Assembly (NCBI RefSeq): GCF_963921235.1
Contig: NC_086097.1
Span: 178,190,001 to 178,254,000 of the forward strand
Origin: Mobula hypostoma
Lineage: Eukaryota
Reading direction: 5' to 3'
Length of the DNA: 64,000 nucleotides
This document shows positions 63,852 through 64,000 of this stretch, in pieces. A program made the position numbers and the translations under genes. Below the pieces are notes generated by a model that saw nothing but the letters and a program-made list of their open reading frames with translations, was not told the origin of the DNA and searched no databases. How positions within the stretch are numbered: the first letter of the stretch is position 1; the number at the start of each line of letters is the position of its first letter.

Positions 63852-64000
63852 GTATATAAAAAAAATATACCTTCACGTTACACACACATGGTTTGCCCTA
63901 AACTGCTTAATCAAACCTCACCTTCAACCCTCCCCACCCAACCCCTCACCTTGCAAAGCTCTAGTAGAGCATTAGGTGCTGATTGATCTAAGGACTATGT

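Overview
Eukaryotic (vertebrate) genomic DNA. The repeat landscape (SGNH-ORF1 CR1 LINEs, Rex1/Babar LINEs, Penelope-like elements, V-SINEs) suggests a cartilaginous fish; this is an inference. Two genes lie head-to-head with ATGs only about 1.19 kb apart. On the minus strand is a proteasome alpha4 subunit gene of the PSMA8/PSMA7-like type (coding exons 1-5 at 27734..10682; exons 6-7 were not found and probably lie left of the window). On the plus strand is SS18, a BAF complex subunit (coding exons 1-8 at 28923..63851, continuing beyond the window). All exons were delimited by eye with GT-AG boundaries and consistent phases. The introns are packed with transposable elements: a Tigger/pogo derivative with an internal long hairpin, three large CR1 copies, many Rex1/Babar fragments and V-SINEs. 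They also hold a 5.07-kb internally deleted Gmr1-like Gypsy LTR element (SCAN-like gag, PR-IN-RT order, tRNA-Pro PBS, 4-bp TSD) and Penelope-like elements. The most notable structural signal is a set of hammerhead-ribozyme-bearing Penelope terminal repeats. One intact minimal hammerhead lies downstream of a GIY-YIG ORF inserted, with a 10-bp TSD, into an older antisense terminal repeat. A 115-bp solo ribozyme cassette has a 13-bp TSD, and several fold-back derivatives have lost the catalytic core.
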